Part shown: positions 58,796 to 64,000 of the stretch, one piece after another
How positions within the stretch are numbered: position 1 is the stretch's first letter
Layout of the letters: every line of letters starts with the position of its first letter
DNA from: Octopus sinensis
Taxonomy: Eukaryota
DNA length: 64,000 nt
Reading direction: 5' to 3'
Assembly (NCBI RefSeq): GCF_006345805.1
Contig: NW_021835962.1
Span: 124,001 to 188,000, forward strand
Notes under the pieces: model-generated
What the model saw: the letters and a program-made list of their open reading frames with translations, nothing else
Databases searched by the model: none
What the model was told of the DNA's origin: nothing
Position numbers and translations under genes: made by a program

Positions 58796-61428
58796 AGCGA
58801 AGTCTCACATATTGATTATCAATGACTAAGCTGAAGGAAGCTACGAGGGTGGAATTCGAAAGGCTATAAGTCATTAATATACCATGGAAAATAAACTCAG
58901 TGGCGGGGACAGGAACCTCAGTCTACTACAGGGCGAACCTTAAGGTAAGAACATCAGAATTGTGGAGGAGTCACTCTGTGAACTTATTGTGCTCGAGCTG
59001 CACACGACTGCTGGCTGGCTAACCGTCGGGGGAATGTACTCAAAGTCGCTAAGGGCGCTATTCAAACGTTATTGGGACGTTCTTTGAGGAAAATGCCGTC
59101 AATCCTAGCAGGAGATCTTAATGCCAAAATGTGAGTTATGGATGTGAAACTACGAATATGGATGGAACTGTCCTTGAGGACTTGGCCAGTAGCTTGGGTT
59201 TTTCGGTCTTTACATCGGAAGAACTGAATCATTATGCAGACAGAGGCAGGGCTGATCGCTTGGGTCTCTTTCTATGCTCGGCATCAATTAGTCCTTTATG
59301 TTTACATACCGAGGTTGGAAGCGGACATTGGCTCTGACCACGTGCCGCAAACGATGTTGATAAAGATGACTATGAATGTTACGGAGGACTTGTTCATTGG
59401 TTACAACCTCGTGAACATGAACTGGAGTTTATTCGAATCATATATGCGGGATTCTCTTCGAAATGTCGTGTCCAGCCTCTGAGAAGCAGAGATGATATTG
59501 ACAATCTCGATGATCACCTTAGATCGTCAATCATAAAATTCCTGGATGTTTATGCATTAAAAAATGTATGGAAACCCAAAGGAACGCAAAAGCGGATGAA
59601 TTCGAAACTTGTCACTCTGATCAGAACGAAAGTACCCTGGAAAATCGCAGGAGAAGATGTCGGGTTGAGTCAATCAAATGCCGCCTGAAATTGGAGATCG
59701 ACAAGATAAAATTTACTATTGCAAAAATGGCCAAGACTGAGGTCGAAAGTAAATGGAGGTCTGAATGCAGAAAACTGGATAAGCGAAACCCTAATTTCTG
59801 GAAAGCATATCAACGCCTTACCAGAAATGATGCCAAAGGATTTGAAATTTCACTAAAAGAACCAGACGGGAAATATATCTCCTCTGATCGTATCCCGGAA
59901 GTACTCAGGAACCAACTGAGTCAGGTTCAAGAGGTCGAATCTACCGTTCCACGAGGGACTTATGACCGAATTGTGAAGAAGCTTGGCTCTTCGCAATTAT
60001 CGGAGGGACCATTATGTGGGGCGATAACACAGGAAGAGGTTGAAAGGGCAATTGCTGGGTTGAAGAACAAGGCGCCTGGCTTCGACTACATCCCTCCGAA
60101 GTTGTTAAAGAAGGCCCCTGAAATCTTGATACGAGCATTGACTATGTTGTTTCACGCCAGCTGGACGTTCGGACACCTTCCATCGGCGTGGAAGCATACG
60201 ATTGTTCGAATGATTCCAAAATCTGGTAAATCGACACTGCTGGCACAGAACTACCGGCCAATTAGCCTCATTTGTGCTTTCTCTAAGACAATGGAAAAGA
60301 TTGTCTTTAACAGACTCTCTGGTCATATAGAATCACAAAATTTGCTTTTACCTGAACAATGGGGATTTCGTGGAGGAAGATCCACAGGGGACTGCCTCAG
60401 GGAGTTAGAGCACCAATTATCCCGTGCTGACAGAAATGAAGCATGGCTAACTGTGGTGTGTCTGGATCTGGCCAAAGCCTTCGATAGCGTGTGGCACCTG
60501 GGCCTACTCTCCAGAATCCATGACATCGGAGCCGGGATAAAGACCTATCGATGGCTGGAGAGCTTCTTGTCAGGAAGACAATCATTTGTCCGCTGTGGAA
60601 ACCGCCTATCGGGGTGTGTGGAACTTAGAAGGGGAGTCCCGCAGGGATCTATCTTGAGTCCACTTCTGTTCAACCTCTTCTTGGCGGACATTCCTCTGCC
60701 GTCGACACGTACTGGCAAGCTCGTTATCTATGCTGACGATATCCTGGTCATGGATACCTCGAAAAGGATATCGCAGTCTTGGAGACGACTGAAATCATAC
60801 ATTGCAACGCTAAAGATGTGGACTATAGAGAAGGGTTTGACCCTAGCACCGGAGAAGAGCACCATTTCATGGTTGCGGAGAGGGAGTCGCTATGCGGAGT
60901 CTTGTGCATATGCGATGAGTAGCTATGTGATGGATCTCTCGAAAAGAAAAAATCTTTCTTACCTGGGAGCAACCATTAACTGTCGTGGCTCGTACGTAGA
61001 GCATATAGCAAATCAGAGAAAGAGGAGTGTGAGGATCCTCAAAAGCTTAACCAGGTTCCATCTGGATCCGGAAACGTACATCTACGTATACAAAACGTGT
61101 GTGCAGCCAGTCCTCACATATGGCTACGAGGGCTGGTACGGTACGGAGGAGAGTGACTACCTGATCGAACAGTTGGAAAGACAAGACGTTTCGCTATGAA
61201 ATTGGCTTACGGAGTACAACTTGACGGAAGGCTAAAAGACTCACAAGAATCCTCTGTGCCCACGATCCGGATGGTCTTGGAGAATTGTCGTCAAACATGA
61301 CTAGTATTGGGGATACGCATGGAAAGAGACACTTCGGTGCCTTGTTTTTATCTCCCCGCCGATGTTTTTCTTCCTTGTTTTTCTTTTTCTTTTCGCTCAA
61401 TAAACACTATTCTATTCTATTCTTCTAT
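58796..61428 (+). mobile_element. 5'-truncated APE-RT LINE (Jockey/I-group-like) inserted in the satellite
   Basis: Frameshifted APE motifs ILAGDLNAK and GSDHVP. RT ORF 59568-61199 (KAPGFD, YRPISL, LDLAKAFDSVWH, GVPQGSILSP, YADD). AATAAA followed by a (TATTC)n tail. Confidence 0.92.
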
Positions 61429-64000
61429 ATTTTTACTTGAAGGTTTTGGGGGACCACATCATGTGAGTCGAGGACTTTCTTGTTGTTCATTTTAACAAAA
61501 ACGCAGAAAATAATTTTTTTTAATTTTTTGGCTTGAAGGTTTTGGGGGACCACATCATGTGAGTCGAGGACTTTCTTGTTGTTCATTTTAACAAAAACGC
61601 AGAAAATAATTTTTTTAATTTTTTAGCTTGAAGGTTTTGGGGGACCACATCATGTGAGTCGAGGACTTTCTTGTTGTTCATTTTAACAAAAACGCAGAAA
61701 ATAATTTTTTTAATTTTTTGGCTTGAAGGTTTTGGGGGACCACATCATGTGAGTCGAGGACTTTCTTGTTGTTCATTTTAACAAAAACGCAGAAAATAAT
61801 TTTTTTAATTTTTGGCTTGAAGGTTTTGGGGGACCACATCATGTGAGTCGAGGACTTTCTTGTTGTTCATTTTAACAAAAACGCAGAAAATAATTTTTTT
61901 AATTTTTTGGCTTGAAGGTTTTGGGGGACCACATCATGTGAGTCGAGGACTTTCTTGTTGTTCATTTTAACAAAAACGCAGAAAATAATTTTTTTAATTT
62001 TTTGGCTTGAAGGTTTTGGGGGACCACATCATGTGAGTCGAGGACTTTCTTGTTGTTCATTTTAACAAAAACGCAGAAAATAATTTTTTTAATTTTTTAG
62101 CTTGAAGGTTTTGGGGGACCACATCATGTGAGTCGAGGACTTTCTTGTTGTTCATTTTAACAAAAACGCAGAAAATAATTTTTTTAATTTTTTGGCTTGA
62201 AGGTTTTGGGGGACCACATCATGTGAGTCGAGGACTTTCTTGTTGTTCATTTTAACAAAAACGCAGAAAATAATTTTTTTAATTTTTTGGCTTGAAGGTT
62301 TTGGGGGACCACATCATGTGAGTCGAGGACTTTCTTGTTGTTCATTTTAACAAAAACGCAGAAAATAATTTTTTTTAATTTTTTGGCTTGAAGGTTTTGG
62401 GGGACCACATCATGTGAGTCGAGGACTTTCTTGTTGTTCATTTTAACAAAAACGCAGAAAATAATTTTTTTAATTTTTTGCTTGAAGGTTTTGGGGGACC
62501 ACATCATGTGAGTCGAGGACTTTCTTGTTGTTCATTTTAACAAAAACGCAGAAAATAATTTTTTTTAATTTTTTGGCTTGAAGGTTTTGGGGGACCACAT
62601 CATGTGAGTCGAGGACTTTCTTGTTGTTCATTTTAACAAAAACGCAGAAAATAATTTTTTTTAATTTTTTGGCTTGAAGGTTTTGGGGGACCACATCATG
62701 TGAGTCGAGGACTTTCTTGTTGTTCATTTTAACAAAAACGCAGAAAATAATTTTTTAATTTTTTAGCTTGAAGGTTTTGGGGGACCACATCATGTGAGTC
62801 GAGGACTTTCTTGTTGTTCATTTTAACAAAAACGCAGAAAATAATTTTTTTAATTTTTTGGCTTGAAGGTTTTGGGGGACCACATCATGTGAGTCGAGGA
62901 CTTTCTTGTTGTTCATTTTAACAAAAACGCAGAAAATAATTTTTTTAATTTTTTAGCTTGAAGGTTTGGGGGACCACATCATGTGAGTCGAGGACTTTCT
63001 TGTTGTTCATTTTAACAAAAACGCAGAAAATAATTTTTTTAATTTTTTACCTTGAAGGTTTGGGGGACCACATCATGTGAGTCGAGGACTTTCTTGTTGT
63101 TCATTTTAACAAAAACGCAGAAAATAATTTTTTTAATTTTTTGGCTTGAAGGTTTGGGGGACCACATCATGTGAGTCGAGGACTTTCTTGTTGTTCATTT
63201 TAACAAAAACGCAGAAAATAATTTTTTTAATTTTTTGGCTTGAAGGTTTTGGGGGACCACATCATGTGAGTCGAGGACTTTCTTGTTGTTCATTTTAACA
63301 AAAACGCAGAAAATAATTTTTTTAATTTTTTGGCTTGAAGGTTTTGGGGGACCACATCATGTGAGTCGAGGACTTTCTTGTTGTTCATTTTAACAAAAAC
63401 GCAGAAAATAATTTTTTTTAATTTTTGGCTTGAAGTTTTGGGGACCACATCATGTGAGTCGAGGACTTTCTTGTTGTTCATTTTAACAAAAACGCAGAAA
63501 ATAATTTTTTTTAATTTTTTGGCTTGAAGGTTTGGGGGACCACATCATGTGAGTCGAGGACTTTCTTGTTGTTCATTTTAACAAAAACGCAGAAAATAAT
63601 TTTTTTAATTTTTTAGCTTGAAGGTTTTGGGGGACCACATCATGTGAGTCGAGGACTTTCTTGTTGTTCATTTTAACAAAACGCAGAAAATAATTTTTTT
63701 AATTTTTTGGCTTGAAGGTTTTGGGGGACCACATCATGTGAGTCGAGGACTTTCTTGTTGTTCATTTTAACAAAAACGCAGAAAATAATTTTTTTAATTT
63801 TTTGCTTGAAGGTTTTGGGGGACCACATCATGTGAGTCGAGGACTTTCTTGTTGTTCATTTTAACAAAAACGCAGAAAATAATTTTTTTAATTTTTTGGC
63901 TTGAAGGTTTTGGGGGACCACATCATGTGAGTCGAGGACTTTCTTGTTGTTCATTTTAACAAAACGCAGAAAATAATTTTTTTAATTTTTTAGCTTGAAG
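61429..64000. repeat. Continuation of the 95-96 bp satellite, about 27 monomers, running off the window
   Basis: Same monomer, resuming in register after the LINE. Confidence 0.99.

Noticed and set aside
46738-63481. Dozens of minus-strand ORFs repeating MNNKKVLDSHDVVPQNLQAKKLKKIIFCVFVK
   Set aside because: Artefact of 96-bp monomers keeping frame. The 95-bp monomers break it at random, so there is no sign of selection for coding.
45857-64000. CRISPR-like array
   Set aside because: No unique spacers and no cas genes. It is a plain tandem repeat in a eukaryotic context.

Overview
AT-rich eukaryotic genomic DNA. The STARD3 MENTAL+START architecture points to an animal, and 22-29 nt spliceosomal introns suggest a reduced parasite such as a myxozoan or dicyemid (inference). 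Positions 1-45.8 kb are a transposon-rich region with a few host genes that the ORF track largely misses because of micro-introns. By manual splicing I reconstructed STARD3 (8 introns), SLC35B1 (5), a SANT/Myb protein (3) and a GNAT-fold protein (3), plus a decayed tyrosyl-tRNA synthetase copy. Mobile elements: two intact CRE-clade non-LTR retrotransposons carrying an N-terminal PHD finger (PHD-RT-CCHC-RLE), about eight CRE fragments, R4-like, RTE-like and Jockey-like LINE remnants, two pogo/Tigger copies, a Ginger element, hAT elements and a Helitron. The pogo and Ginger transposases contain host-sized micro-introns. A dispersed AT-rich repeat, here called Rep-A, abuts many of these insertions and has a hairpin whose loop occurs in both orientations. 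From 45.86 kb to the end is a 95-96 bp satellite with 18-19-mer higher-order structure, interrupted by one LINE. All calls come from manual reading and remembered family motifs; no searches were run.
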